Of a DNA stretch of 54,413 nt, positions 19,930 through 30,462 are shown piece after piece (position 1 is the stretch's first letter; the number at the start of each line of letters is the position of its first letter). The DNA comes from an uncultured Candidatus Pelagibacter sp. (GTDB lineage: Bacteria; Pseudomonadota; Alphaproteobacteria; Pelagibacterales; Pelagibacteraceae): the NCBI GenBank assembly GCA_905612505.1, contig CAJQSH010000031.1, positions 1-54,413 of the forward strand, read 5' to 3'. Both the position numbers and the translations under genes were made by a program. Below the pieces are notes generated by a model that was given only the letters and a program-made list of their open reading frames with translations, did no database searches and was not told the DNA's origin.

Positions 19930-20106
19930 TTATTAAAAATTTGCTATAAAAAAAATATAAATTTTATAAGTCTTTATGACAAGTTTTCAGCTAACGATAG
20001 CATGAAATTTATTTTTGATAATTTCATTTATGGTGACATTCATTGGAACAAGAATGGCACCAAAATAGTGTTTGATGAAATTATTAATCTTTTTGAATTA
20101 GATTAA
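19930..20106 (+). pseudogene. C-terminal remnant of an SGNH/GDSL-type hydrolase or acetyltransferase
   Basis: ICYKKNINFISLYDKF...FIYGDIHWNKNGTKIVFDEI carries the DxHxNxxG block V motif; no room for the N-terminal part. Confidence 0.6.
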
Positions 20107-21879
20107 AGAAGGTTGCTTAACCATGTCCTCTTTTTTAATACCCGCAACTTTAACTGGTTTTTTCATAGCATCTCTTCTAAAAGGCTCACCAAGTTCTTGG
20201 TTTAGAATTACTTCAATAAATGTTGTAATTCCTTTCTTTTGATCCTCACAGGACTGTTTAATAGCAGCTGTAGTCTCTTCGATGGTACGAACGGTAACAC
20301 CTTTTAAACCACAAGCATCAGCAACCTTTGCATAACTTAATTCTTGATCTAGTTCTGTTCCAACAAAGTTGTCATCAAACCATAAAGTAGTGTTTCTTTT
20401 TTCAGCTCCCCATTGGTAGTTTCTAAAAATTACCATTGAAATTGCTGGCCATTCTTCTCTAGCACATGAACTCATTTCATTCATACTAATTCCAAAAGCA
20501 CCATCTCCTGCAAAACCAATTACAGGTGTTTCAGGACATCCAATTTTTGCTCCAAGGATTGCTGGGAAACCATAACCACAAGGACCAAATAATCCTGGTG
20601 CTAAATATTTTCTACCTTTTTCAAATGTAGGATACGCATTTCCAATTGCACAGTTATTACCAATATCACTTGAGATAATTACATCATCAGGCATTCCTGC
20701 TTGAATACCTCTCCAAGCTTCTCTAGGCGACATTCTATCTGCATCTCTTTTTCTAGCTTCAGCATTCCAGACTGTACCTTTATCATCATCTTCATGATCT
20801 AAACTTGACAACTCTTGTAACCATGCAGACTTAGTTTGGTGAATAGTGTTTTTTCTCTCTTCTCTATTCACGTCACCTGCTGTTGAAGAAAGTTGTGCTA
20901 AGATTTGTTGAGAAACTAATTTTGCATCTCCACAAATTCCAACCGATACTTTTTTAGTTAAACCAATTCTATCTGAATTCATATCAACCTGAATAATACT
21001 TGCATCTTTTGGCCAATAATCCATTCCATAACCAGGTAAAGTTGAAAAAGGATTAAGTCTTGTACCAAGTGCAAGAACTACATCGGCTTTACTAATTAAT
21101 TGCATACCAGCTTTTGAGCCATTGTAGCCTAATGGTCCAGCAGCTAATGGGTGACTTCCGGGAAAACTATCATTATGCTGATAGCCTGAACAAACTGGAG
21201 CATCTAATTTTTCAGCTAATTTTTTACAATCTTGAATAGCTCCACCAATTACAACACCTGCTCCAGACAATATCACTGGAAACTTAGCATTAGATAATAA
21301 GTCTGCTGCTTTTTTAATTGCATCAACTCCACCCGCTTGTCTTTCTAATCTTACGATTGGAGGAAGATCTATATCAATAACTTGTGTCCAATAATCCCTT
21401 GGAACATTTATTTGTGCAGGAGCAGATCCTCTGATTGCTTTTTCAATTACTCTATTTAATACTTCTGCCATTCTTGAAGCATCTCTCACTTCTTCTTGAT
21501 AGCAAACCATATCTTTAAATAAATTCATTTGTTCTACTTCTTGGAAACCACCTTGACCCATAGTTTTATTAGCAGCTTGAGGAGTTACTAAAAGTAATGG
21601 AGTATGGTTCCAGTATGCAGTTTTAATAGGTGTAACGAGACCTGTAATTCCAGGACCATTTTGTGCAATTACCATTGACATTTTACCAGTAGATCTGGTG
21701 TAACCATCGGCAATTAATCCACCATTAGTTTCGTGAGCAACATCCCAAAAAGTTATTCCAGCGTCTGGAAAAATATCTGAAATAGGCATAAAGGCTGAAC
21801 CAATTATTCCAAATGCGTGTTCAATACCATGCATTTGTAAAACTTTTACAAAAGCTTCTTCTGTTGTCATTTTAGTCAT
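20098..21879 (-). CDS. xsc: Sulfoacetaldehyde acetyltransferase (ThDP-dependent)
   Basis: MTTEEAFVKVLQMHGIEHAFGIIGSA, QNGPG, GDGAFG, NYQWGAEKRN, ELGEPFRRDAM. Confidence 0.95.
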   Translation of the reverse strand: MTKMTTEEAFVKVLQMHGIEHAFGIIGSAFMPISDIFPDAGITFWDVAHETNGGLIADGYTRSTGKMSMVIAQNGPGITGLVTPIKTAYWNHTPLLLVTPQAANKTMGQGGFQEVEQMNLFKDMVCYQEEVRDASRMAEVLNRVIEKAIRGSAPAQINVPRDYWTQVIDIDLPPIVRLERQAGGVDAIKKAADLLSNAKFPVILSGAGVVIGGAIQDCKKLAEKLDAPVCSGYQHNDSFPGSHPLAAGPLGYNGSKAGMQLISKADVVLALGTRLNPFSTLPGYGMDYWPKDASIIQVDMNSDRIGLTKKVSVGICGDAKLVSQQILAQLSSTAGDVNREERKNTIHQTKSAWLQELSSLDHEDDDKGTVWNAEARKRDADRMSPREAWRGIQAGMPDDVIISSDIGNNCAIGNAYPTFEKGRKYLAPGLFGPCGYGFPAILGAKIGCPETPVIGFAGDGAFGISMNEMSSCAREEWPAISMVIFRNYQWGAEKRNTTLWFDDNFVGTELDQELSYAKVADACGLKGVTVRTIEETTAAIKQSCEDQKKGITTFIEVILNQELGEPFRRDAMKKPVKVAGIKKEDMVKQPSLI

Positions 21880-21992
21880 AATAATTAGGCCTTTCTGTCA
21901 GGGTTGTTTAAAATTATATAAATTAATTTGTTAATTCAAAAGATTAATATATAAGATTTATGAAATTTCAAACAAACAAATCGACACAAATT

Positions 21993-22277
21993 ATGGCTAC
22001 AGACATTATTATTCACAATGAAAAAGACAACGTAGGAGTAGTTGTTATAAATAAAATTGATCCTAAACAAGACTGCTCGTGTTGGATTATGGAAAATGAC
22101 AAAACAGTAAAAATTCAGTCTGCTGATGAAATTAATTTAGGGCATAAAATTGCAATGGTGGACCTAAACGAAGATGATACTATTTTGAAATATGGTCATG
22201 ATATTGGAAAAGTAGTTAAATCAATCAAAAAAGGTGAACATGTTCATGTTCATAATGTTAAAACTAAGAAGTGGTAA
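21993..22277 (+). CDS. suyA: (2R)-sulfolactate sulfo-lyase alpha subunit (UxaA SAF domain)
   Basis: [32 protein letters not shown]; upstream of suyB and divergent from xsc. Confidence 0.8.
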   Translation: MATDIIIHNEKDNVGVVVINKIDPKQDCSCWIMENDKTVKIQSADEINLGHKIAMVDLNEDDTILKYGHDIGKVVKSIKKGEHVHVHNVKTKKW

Positions 22278-22282
22278 AAAAT

Positions 22283-23449
22283 ATGGAAATCCCAAAAATT
22301 TTTTTTGGTTACAAAAGAGAAAATGACAGAGTTGGTACTAGAAATCATGTAATCATTCTTCCAGTAGATGATATTTCAAATGCTTGTGCTGAAGCTGTTG
22401 CAAATAATATTAAAGGCACAATGGCACTTTCCCACTCTTATGGAAGACTTCAATTTGGAGCAGATTTAGAGTTACACTTTAGAACAATGATTGGAACTGG
22501 AAAAAACCCAAATGTTGCTGCAGTAATCGTAATTGGAATTGAGCCCAAATGGACAAAAAGAATTGTAGATGAAATAGCCAAAACTGGAAAACCTGTTGAG
22601 GGTTTTCACATTGAGCGAACCGGAGATATTGGCACTGTAATGAAAGCTTCAAAGAAAGCTCAAGAATTTGTTATGTGGGCATCAGAGAAACAAAGAGAAG
22701 AATGTCCCTTAAGTGATTTATGGATTTCAGTTAAGTGTGGTGAATCTGACACAACATCAGGACTAGCTGCTAACCCAACTGTTGGAAATTTAATGGACAA
22801 ATTAGAGCCATTAGGAGTTCATCTATGTTTTGGTGAAACATCAGAACTTACAGGAGCTGAAAAAGTTTGTGCTACAAGAGGCGCAACACCCGAAGCTTCA
22901 GAAAAATTTATGAAAACATGGAGTGATTATAATGAATTTATTCTTAAGGAGGCTACAGATGACCTTTCAGATAGTCAGCCTACAGCTGGAAATATTGCTG
23001 GTGGTCTTACTACAATTGAGGAAAAAGCATTTGGAAATTTTCAAAAAATTGGGTCTTGTAAATTTATAGATGTTTTAGGTCCAGCAGAAGAACCTACTAA
23101 AGGAAAAGGTTTATACTTTATGGATACTTCATCTGCAGCAGCGGAATGTATAACTCTTCAGGCAGCAGCTGGTTTTAATATTCATTTATTTCCAACAGGT
23201 CAAGGTAATATAGTGGGAAACCCTATTGAACCTGTTGTTAAATTAACTGCAAATCCACTAACTGTTAAAGGTATGGGTGAACATATTGATTGCGATGTAT
23301 CAAAAATACTTACTCGTGAAATGAATATGTCAGAAGCGGGTGATGAATTAATTAAATCTATGATTAGAGTTGCTAATGGGAGATTAACTTGCGCTGAAGC
23401 ATTAGGTCATAAAGAGTTTGTTATGACTAAATTATACAGAAGTGCTTAA
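22283..23449 (+). CDS. suyB: (2R)-sulfolactate sulfo-lyase beta subunit (UxaA family)
   Basis: [55 protein letters not shown]. Confidence 0.85.
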   Translation: MEIPKIFFGYKRENDRVGTRNHVIILPVDDISNACAEAVANNIKGTMALSHSYGRLQFGADLELHFRTMIGTGKNPNVAAVIVIGIEPKWTKRIVDEIAKTGKPVEGFHIERTGDIGTVMKASKKAQEFVMWASEKQREECPLSDLWISVKCGESDTTSGLAANPTVGNLMDKLEPLGVHLCFGETSELTGAEKVCATRGATPEASEKFMKTWSDYNEFILKEATDDLSDSQPTAGNIAGGLTTIEEKAFGNFQKIGSCKFIDVLGPAEEPTKGKGLYFMDTSSAAAECITLQAAAGFNIHLFPTGQGNIVGNPIEPVVKLTANPLTVKGMGEHIDCDVSKILTREMNMSEAGDELIKSMIRVANGRLTCAEALGHKEFVMTKLYRSA

Positions 23450-23471
23450 GTTATATCTTTAAGTAATATTA

Positions 23472-24548
23472 ATGTTACCCAAAAAATATTTATTATTAAT
23501 TCCTGGAATAACTTTAGCACTTGTTCTTTATACTCTTTCTCAAGACCTTAATAATATAATCAGTATTGAGTTATTAGGTTACTCAAAAAGTCCCATATCT
23601 ACTGCAATGATTGCCGTTCTAATAGGAATTGCATTAGGCAACACATTTAAAATAAGAGAAGGTTTTCTTGTAGGTTTAGATTTTACACAAAAATATATTT
23701 TAAAACTTGGAATTATTTGTCTTGGAATTCAATTAAAACCATTTGAGTTTTTAAAATTTAGTACAGTTGCTATCCCATTGATCATAGTCTGCATAATAAC
23801 TGTATTAATTGTAATAAAATTACTTATTAAAAAATTAAAAATATCTACGAAAATGGCTTATTTAATTTCAATTGGTAGTACTGTTTGTGGAACCACAGCA
23901 ATCATAGCTACTGCCCCTATTATAAATGCAAATAAAGGAGAGGTTGCATACGCAATAGCAAACATGACTGTTTTTGGCATAATATCAATGCTTATATATC
24001 CTTATTTTGCAAATATTTACTTCCATGGAGATCCTATGTATGTGGGTCTTTTTTTGGGTACAGCAATTCATGAAACCTCACAAGTAGCTGCAGCAGGGTT
24101 AATTTATGATCAGCAATTTAATAGTCCCGAAACATTAAATATTGCTACGGTTACAAAATTAACACGAAACACTTTTTTAGTAATCATGATTCCACTATTT
24201 GCCTACTTATATAACAGGGGAAAAGCAAAAAAAAAATATTCCTTACTGGATATTTTTCCTTATTTTATATTGGGTTTCCTTGCCTTAATTATCTTTAGAA
24301 ATGTAGGTGATCAAATATTTTTAAATGAAAGTTCACAAGAATTGTGGCAAAATCTAATTACAAAAACTAAAAACACTGCTAAAATTTGTTTAAGTATGGC
24401 AATGGGTGCGGTAGGTTTATTAATAAATTTAAAAGATCTTAAATTAATGGGCTATAAACCTTTTTTGGTTGGTTTTATTGCAATGATAACTGTAGGGTTT
24501 GTTAGCATTATTGCAATGCAATCATTTACAAAATTATTCCTATTTTAA
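23472..24548 (+). CDS. YeiH/PSE-family putative sulfate exporter (SuyZ-like)
   Basis: TVCGTTAIIA, GTAIHETSQV, TKLTRN; multiple TM helices; follows suyAB. Confidence 0.85.
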   Translation: MLPKKYLLLIPGITLALVLYTLSQDLNNIISIELLGYSKSPISTAMIAVLIGIALGNTFKIREGFLVGLDFTQKYILKLGIICLGIQLKPFEFLKFSTVAIPLIIVCIITVLIVIKLLIKKLKISTKMAYLISIGSTVCGTTAIIATAPIINANKGEVAYAIANMTVFGIISMLIYPYFANIYFHGDPMYVGLFLGTAIHETSQVAAAGLIYDQQFNSPETLNIATVTKLTRNTFLVIMIPLFAYLYNRGKAKKKYSLLDIFPYFILGFLALIIFRNVGDQIFLNESSQELWQNLITKTKNTAKICLSMAMGAVGLLINLKDLKLMGYKPFLVGFIAMITVGFVSIIAMQSFTKLFLF

Positions 24549-24654
24549 AAATTTATTATAACAACGGTATGTAACGTTAAAATAAGAAGATCTAACAAAG
24601 TTAAATTTCAATTATTAAGTGTTACAAGTTTATGATCAAATCATATATTAAATT

Positions 24655-24730
24655 GTTAAGAGGTGGTGGAGGGAGACTGAAACCACCTCGGTTTCTCATC
24701 GTCCTCTAAAAAAAAATTAATTTTTTTTAT
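24655..24730. ncRNA. Candidate structured RNA or regulatory element (GC-rich intergenic patch with alternative stems)
   Basis: gaggtggt 24660-67 pairs with accacctc 24682-89; gggagactga 24671-80 pairs with tcggtttctc 24688-97 (with G-U); followed by an A-run/TTAA/T-run palindrome. Confidence 0.35.
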
Positions 24731-24806
24731 TAAACAGTTTTTGGCCTGCATCAGCAATTAGTGAGATTACTTGTTTTAAATTAAACATTGAAATTTTAAT
24801 TTTTTA

Positions 24807-25592
24807 TTAAAGTTTAAAATATTCATATAAAAATTTAAATGATACAATAAGTAAAAAAATCCCAAAATATTTACTTATTTTACTTTTATCAATAGCATGA
24901 ACTGTTCTTGCTCCAATTCTAGCCATGAAAGTTGTAATGGGTATGAAAATTAAAAAAGCTGGTATGTTTAAAAATCCTACACTTAATGGAATATTTGTCT
25001 TTAAATAGCTACCAGTAATCAAAAATCCTATTGCTCCAGATACAGCGATTAAAAAACCAATTGCTGCAGCACTGCCAATTGCCATTTTAATTGAATATCC
25101 AAAAAATTTTAATATAGGCACATTCATCACAGCACCACCAATTCCCATTGGAGCTGAAATAAAACCAACTAAAAAACCTAAAATAATTTTTAAGTGTAAT
25201 TTTATTTTAAGAACAATATTTTTTTCTTTTTCTTTTAACAATAATAAATAAATACTTAGTAAAAATATAACAATAGAAAAGAAAAGAACTAATGTTTTTG
25301 TTTTAAGTGTTGACGCAAAAATAGTTCCAAATACGACGCCCAAGACAACAAATATTCCATAGTTTTTAACAATATCAAAATCTACAGCCTTAAATTTATG
25401 ATGAGTTAGAACGGACGCTGCTGAAGTTGGAACAATAATCGCAAATGAAGTTCCAACAGCTAAGTGCATAATATATTTTTGATCTATTCCAAGCGATCCA
25501 AATATATAAAATAAAAAAGGAACTGTTATTAGTCCCCCTCCAATTCCAAATAAACCTGCCACAAATCCTACTGGTAGAGCTGTTAAAACCAT
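24807..25592 (-). CDS. Sulfite exporter TauE/SafE family protein (second copy)
   Basis: AGLFGIGGGLITVP, AVGTS, MGIGGAVMNVP. Confidence 0.88.
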   Translation of the reverse strand: MVLTALPVGFVAGLFGIGGGLITVPFLFYIFGSLGIDQKYIMHLAVGTSFAIIVPTSAASVLTHHKFKAVDFDIVKNYGIFVVLGVVFGTIFASTLKTKTLVLFFSIVIFLLSIYLLLLKEKEKNIVLKIKLHLKIILGFLVGFISAPMGIGGAVMNVPILKFFGYSIKMAIGSAAAIGFLIAVSGAIGFLITGSYLKTNIPLSVGFLNIPAFLIFIPITTFMARIGARTVHAIDKSKISKYFGIFLLIVSFKFLYEYFKL

Positions 25593-25632
25593 TAATAAAA
25601 TAGAATAAATATATTCGTTTGATAATAAGGAG

Positions 25633-26625
25633 CTAAGCAGATTGACCTACTGATGTATCAACATTGTTGAACTTTATTTTATCCATAATGTGATCAATTT
25701 TTTTAACATCTGCATCTCTTACACACATATTTTCACTTAAATATCTCTTCCAAAAACTAGATCCTGTTTGGCCATGAAACAATCCTAGTGTGTGTCTCAT
25801 AATTTGATTTAATCGAGTGCCTTTTTTTATTTCATCTCTTATGTATGGCAGCAACTGCTCGATTACATCTTGTCTACTTGGTACATTTTCATTATTAAAT
25901 ATTTCTCTTTCTATATCGGCTAATAAATAAGGAGTATGATAAGCAGCTCTTCCTATCATAACTCCATCAACTTGCTTTAAATGATCTTTCATTTGATTTG
26001 TTGTGGTAATACCACCATTAATAATTATTTCTTCTTTAGGAAAGTCATTTTTTATTCTATAAACAAAATTATATTTAAGTGGTGGAATGTTTAAATTTTG
26101 TTTTGGTGTAAATTTTCCAAGGATAGCTTTTCTTGCATGAATGATAAAAGTTTTAACTCCTGTACTTTTTAATGTTGCTATAAAATAATGTAAGTTTTCA
26201 TAATCTTCAGTATCATCATAACCAATTCTAGTTTTAATCGTAATTGGCAACTTTGTAACTGATTGCATTTTACTTAAACAATCTGCAACTAAATTTGGTT
26301 CTTTCATTAAACATGCTCCAAATTTATTTTTTTCAACTTTTTTAGAAGGACAACCAAGATTTAAATTAATTTCATCGTAACCAAAATCCTCTCCTGCTTT
26401 TGTTGCTTCGGCTAACAATGTGGGGGAAGATCCTCCAATTTGAAGAGCGATTGGTTTTTCATTAATATTAAATTCTAATAATTTTTTTTTATTTCCTCTG
26501 TGAATTGCTTCAGAAACAATCATTTCACTATAGAGAAGCGTATTTTTACTAATTAATCTTAAAAAAAATCGCTCATGACGATCAGTACAATCCATCATAG
26601 GAGCAATAGAGACTTTCCTATTCAT
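25633..26625 (-). CDS. dusA: tRNA-dihydrouridine(20/20a) synthase
   Basis: APMMDCTDRH, NLNLGCPS, GACLM, VKTFIIHARKA, DGVMIGRAAY. Confidence 0.92.
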   Translation of the reverse strand: MNRKVSIAPMMDCTDRHERFFLRLISKNTLLYSEMIVSEAIHRGNKKKLLEFNINEKPIALQIGGSSPTLLAEATKAGEDFGYDEINLNLGCPSKKVEKNKFGACLMKEPNLVADCLSKMQSVTKLPITIKTRIGYDDTEDYENLHYFIATLKSTGVKTFIIHARKAILGKFTPKQNLNIPPLKYNFVYRIKNDFPKEEIIINGGITTTNQMKDHLKQVDGVMIGRAAYHTPYLLADIEREIFNNENVPSRQDVIEQLLPYIRDEIKKGTRLNQIMRHTLGLFHGQTGSSFWKRYLSENMCVRDADVKKIDHIMDKIKFNNVDTSVGQSA

Positions 26626-26647
26626 GATTAACTTTTATATTATTTTT

Positions 26648-27184
26648 TTAGTTATTTGTAGTGCCTGAATCATCAGGATTTGCTTCAGTTGTTTCATTTT
26701 TAGATTCTGATAATTGATCTAAAGAAACTGCAGGGTTTTTCGAACTAGTTTCTAACTCTGGATTGACATCTGCTTCTGGTTCAGTCTTTGCTATTAATTC
26801 TTCCAAATCTTCTTCTGAGACTTTAATTTTTTCTGGGATTTTTCTTGCTCTTTTAGATGGTAATATTGGTATTCCACTTTTAGAAATCTCACCCTTATAC
26901 AAGGTTTCAAAATCATCACCTATTACTTCATCATCATCTGTCCCATCCTCAACTTGCTCAACATGTTTTCTAATTTTGTAAATAGCACTTTGGGTTAAAT
27001 CCGAGACTTTAATTTTATCTGAAGCAATTTCTCTTAATGCAATAACTGTATTTTTGTCGTTGTCTCTATCTAATGTTGGTTCAATACCTGAATTTAATTG
27101 TGTGGCTCTTTCTTTAGCTACCAACACTAATTCGTAAGGACTTTCTACTTTATCTATACAATCTTCTACTGTTACTCTGGCCAT
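26648..27184 (-). CDS. rpoZ: RNA polymerase omega subunit with long acidic C-terminal extension
   Basis: MARVTVEDC, YELVLVAKERA, DKNTVIALREIA. Confidence 0.95.
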   Translation of the reverse strand: MARVTVEDCIDKVESPYELVLVAKERATQLNSGIEPTLDRDNDKNTVIALREIASDKIKVSDLTQSAIYKIRKHVEQVEDGTDDDEVIGDDFETLYKGEISKSGIPILPSKRARKIPEKIKVSEEDLEELIAKTEPEADVNPELETSSKNPAVSLDQLSESKNETTEANPDDSGTTNN

Positions 27185-27227
27185 GGGCAGTATCTATACA
27201 GTGCTTAAAATAAAATCAAGGTTAATT

Positions 27228-28436
27228 TTATAAATAATGAGGATTTAGCTTATTCTTTATTAAGAATAACAAAGATATTGCAATTAATATGTAAGAACCT
27301 GAAACTAAAGCGATTTGTTCTATTGATAAGCTATTATCTATAAGAATTCCAAAAAATGCTGTGCCAAAAGCAGTAGAAAATACCATCAAGGCTGTCGTTA
27401 GCGCTTTAATAGAACCGATGTATTTGACGCCATAAATCTCTGCCCAAGTAGCAGAGCCCAAAACATTAGCTAGTCCATTTGAGATGCCAATTAACCCAAG
27501 GAAGAAAAAAGATGAAGATGGTGAATTAAAATAATAAAGCACAAATGTAGAAATCAATAAAGGAATGTTCATATAAATTAATAATTTTCTACTACTAAAT
27601 TTATCAATTAAAAACCCAGATAAAAATAAAGTGATCACTGATAAAACTGAATACACCATAAATGATTGGGCAATTACATAAGGTCCCCAATTTTTAGAAG
27701 ATGCTATAAATGATTGATAAACAAATGTTCCAGTTGCAATCGAAGGCATAGCCAGCATGCTCAAACAAACAATATAAAATCTATAATCTTTTAATACTTC
27801 GTTTCTTTTCCATTGTTTTATTTTTTTTGTTTTTGCATTTTTAATACTTGAAGCTTCTCTTGAATCTAGTTTGATATTTTTTACCAATAAAAAAGAAACT
27901 ATTGGCAGCACTACAATAACTAAAATTGAAATTACAATCCAAATATTTCTCCAATCAACAAATGTTAATAAAAAAACAATTAATAATGGCAAAATAAATT
28001 CAGCTAAAGACAAGCCTAACCAAGTAGCGCTTAAAGCTCTACCTCTACTTCTTTCAAAAAATCTTGATATAGTAGTGGTTGCTGTATGAGACATCAATCC
28101 CTGGCCTGAAAGTCTCATCAAAAATATAGAAAAAAATAAAAAAAATACTGATGAAATTTTAGAAAATAAAAAACAAGAAATGGCTAATAAGATGACAACA
28201 TAAGATACAAATTTTAAAATATTAATATCATCTATTTTTTTTCCAATCCAAACAAGTATAAAACTACTTAATAAGGTTGCTGATGCATATATTGATCCAA
28301 ATTGACCGTGCGTAATAGAAAGAGCGTCTCTTATACTGGAATTAAATAAACCTAGAAAAAAACTCTGTCCAAAGCTTGAAAAAAATGTAAATATAAATCC
28401 AAATAAAATTACTTTAAAATTCAAACTTTTAAACAT
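27228..28436 (-). CDS. MFS transporter
   Basis: About 12 hydrophobic helices, SSFGQSFF, GKKID, RGRAL, WAEIYG; probable start MFKSL. Confidence 0.88.
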   Translation of the reverse strand: MFKSLNFKVILFGFIFTFFSSFGQSFFLGLFNSSIRDALSITHGQFGSIYASATLLSSFILVWIGKKIDDINILKFVSYVVILLAISCFLFSKISSVFFLFFSIFLMRLSGQGLMSHTATTTISRFFERSRGRALSATWLGLSLAEFILPLLIVFLLTFVDWRNIWIVISILVIVVLPIVSFLLVKNIKLDSREASSIKNAKTKKIKQWKRNEVLKDYRFYIVCLSMLAMPSIATGTFVYQSFIASSKNWGPYVIAQSFMVYSVLSVITLFLSGFLIDKFSSRKLLIYMNIPLLISTFVLYYFNSPSSSFFFLGLIGISNGLANVLGSATWAEIYGVKYIGSIKALTTALMVFSTAFGTAFFGILIDNSLSIEQIALVSGSYILIAISLLFLIKNKLNPHYL

Positions 28437-28450
28437 AGGAAATATAATTA

Positions 28451-29317
28451 ATGAACAATGTTGCATTTATAGGTTTAGGTGTCATGGGTTATCCGATGGC
28501 AGGATATATATCAAAAGCAGGGCATGATGTAACTGTTTATAATCGAACTGTTGTAAAAGCTGATAAATGGGTTGCTGAATTTAAAGGATCTAAAGCAGAT
28601 ACTCCTGCAAAAGCTGCTGAAGGTGCTGACTTTGTATTTACCTGCGTTGGAAATGATGATGATTTAAAAGAAGTAACTATTGGAAAAAATGGAATTTACA
28701 CAACTATAAAAAAGGGATCTATATATATTGATAATACAACTGCTTCAGCAGATATAGCTAGAAAGCTTGCTAAATCCGCAGAAGCTCATGGTTTTAGATT
28801 TTTAGATGCTCCAGTTTCTGGCGGCCAAGCTGGTGCAGAAAATGGTGCACTGACTGTTATGGTTGGTGGAAGCAAAATTGCATTTGAAAGAGCTAAACCA
28901 ATAATAGATTGCTATAGTAAAAAAGTTAAACTTCTTGGTACATCAGGTAATGGTCAACTTGCAAAAATGGTTAACCAAATTTGTATCGCAGGTTTAGTTC
29001 AAGGTTTATCTGAAGCTATTAATTTTGGGGTAAAATCTGGGTTAAACATGGAAGACGTTATTGATGTAATATCTAAAGGTGCTGCACAATCTTGGCAAAT
29101 GGAAAATAGATACAAAACAATGCTTAATGATAAATTTGATCATGGTTTTGCAGTTGATTGGATGAGAAAAGATTTAAAAATTGCAATGGAAGAGGCCAAA
29201 AATAATGGCTCTCTATTACCTGTAACTGAAATCGTTGATAAATATTATAGCGAAATTCAGGAAATGGGTGGAAACCGTTGGGATACCTCTAGTCTTATTA
29301 GAAGACTAAGTAAGTAG
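28451..29317 (+). CDS. NAD(P)-dependent oxidoreductase, 3-hydroxyisobutyrate dehydrogenase family
   Basis: FIGLGVMGYPMAG, LDAPVSGGQAGA, KMVNQ. Confidence 0.92.
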   Translation: MNNVAFIGLGVMGYPMAGYISKAGHDVTVYNRTVVKADKWVAEFKGSKADTPAKAAEGADFVFTCVGNDDDLKEVTIGKNGIYTTIKKGSIYIDNTTASADIARKLAKSAEAHGFRFLDAPVSGGQAGAENGALTVMVGGSKIAFERAKPIIDCYSKKVKLLGTSGNGQLAKMVNQICIAGLVQGLSEAINFGVKSGLNMEDVIDVISKGAAQSWQMENRYKTMLNDKFDHGFAVDWMRKDLKIAMEEAKNNGSLLPVTEIVDKYYSEIQEMGGNRWDTSSLIRRLSK

Positions 29318-29323
29318 TATCGT

Positions 29324-29935
29324 ATGCAACCAGCATACTATGAAGATTTTTCCGAAATAGAAAAAAAAATATGATCATTACTGGATGATGCAGTAACCAA
29401 TAGAAACTCACCTTTCAGAATTCCTATATTTATCTGTGGTAACTAAGATGATTTTGATGGAAGAATAGTGGTTCTTAGAAAGTCGGATCAACCGAATAAA
29501 CTTCTTCAATTTCACAGCGGTATCAGATCTGACAAAATTAAAAAATTAAAAGATAACAATAATGCTTCGATGTTACTTTATGATAAAGAAGAAAAGATTC
29601 AAGTTAGAATAAAAGTTGATTGTACCATTAATCATCAAAATAAAAGTACTAAACAATCCTGGTTAAAAACTGGTCATATGAGCAGAAAATGTTATTTAGT
29701 AGACAATGGACCAGGCACAGAGTCTCCTACCCCTAACTACTCCTACTTCTGGGTTAAAACCTGAATTAGATAATTTTGAATTTACAATGGAACAAAGTGA
29801 GAAAGGTTATAAAACTTTACTATAGTTCAGTGTAAAATTATAAATATAGAGTGGCTTTATTTAGCTGCAAAAGGTCACCGAAGAGCTAGGTTTGAATATT
29901 CTGATTATAAGAAGGTATACTGGTTAATTCTTTAA
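29324..29935 (+). pseudogene. Pyridoxamine 5'-phosphate oxidase-like FMN-binding protein, multiply disrupted
   Basis: MQPAYYEDFSEIEKKI*(TGA)SLLDDAV...CGN*(TAA)DDFDGRIVVLRK..., a short duplication-like frameshift at about 29730-29745, a second frameshift at about 29812, then EWLYLAAKGHRRARF...WLIL*. Confidence 0.85.
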
Positions 29936-30444
29936 GATATTAATTTAGAATATTTTTTCCAATTTTCTTGATAATGAATTGCATTTTCGGTTATTGATTT
30001 TGCTTCTTCATCTGTAACTTGTCTTACAATTTTACCAGGGGATCCAATAACTAAAGAATTATCAAGTATAACTTTATTTTCAGTTATAAGCGCATTTGCT
30101 CCTATAATGCAGTTCTTTCCAATTTTAGCATTATTCAAAATTACAGCCCCAATACCAATTAATGAATTTTCTCCAATAGTGCAACCATGCAACATTACCA
30201 AGTGTCCTATAGTTACGTCTTTACCAATTTTTAATGGATACCCAGGATCTGTGTGCAATACACTTCCATCTTGAATATTTGACCCCTCACCTACATAAAT
30301 ATTTTCAACATCACCTCTTAATGTGGCATTAAACCAAATACTTGTATTTTTTTCTAAAGTTACATCTCCAATGATAGATGCATTGGGTGCAACCCAATTT
30401 TCACCTGCATTTTTTACTTTTTTATTTTCCAAATCGTAAAACAT
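29932..30444 (-). CDS. Gamma carbonic anhydrase family protein
   Basis: IIGDV, LRGD, NIQDGSVLH, IGHLVMLHGC hexapeptide repeats. Confidence 0.92.
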   Translation of the reverse strand: MFYDLENKKVKNAGENWVAPNASIIGDVTLEKNTSIWFNATLRGDVENIYVGEGSNIQDGSVLHTDPGYPLKIGKDVTIGHLVMLHGCTIGENSLIGIGAVILNNAKIGKNCIIGANALITENKVILDNSLVIGSPGKIVRQVTDEEAKSITENAIHYQENWKKYSKLIS

Positions 30445-30462
30445 ATCTATATAATGTTTATC

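Noticed and set aside
26648-26950. Long acidic C-terminal tail on RpoZ as a novel fusion
   Set aside because: Acidic extensions are common in alphaproteobacterial omega subunits and no separate domain is recognisable
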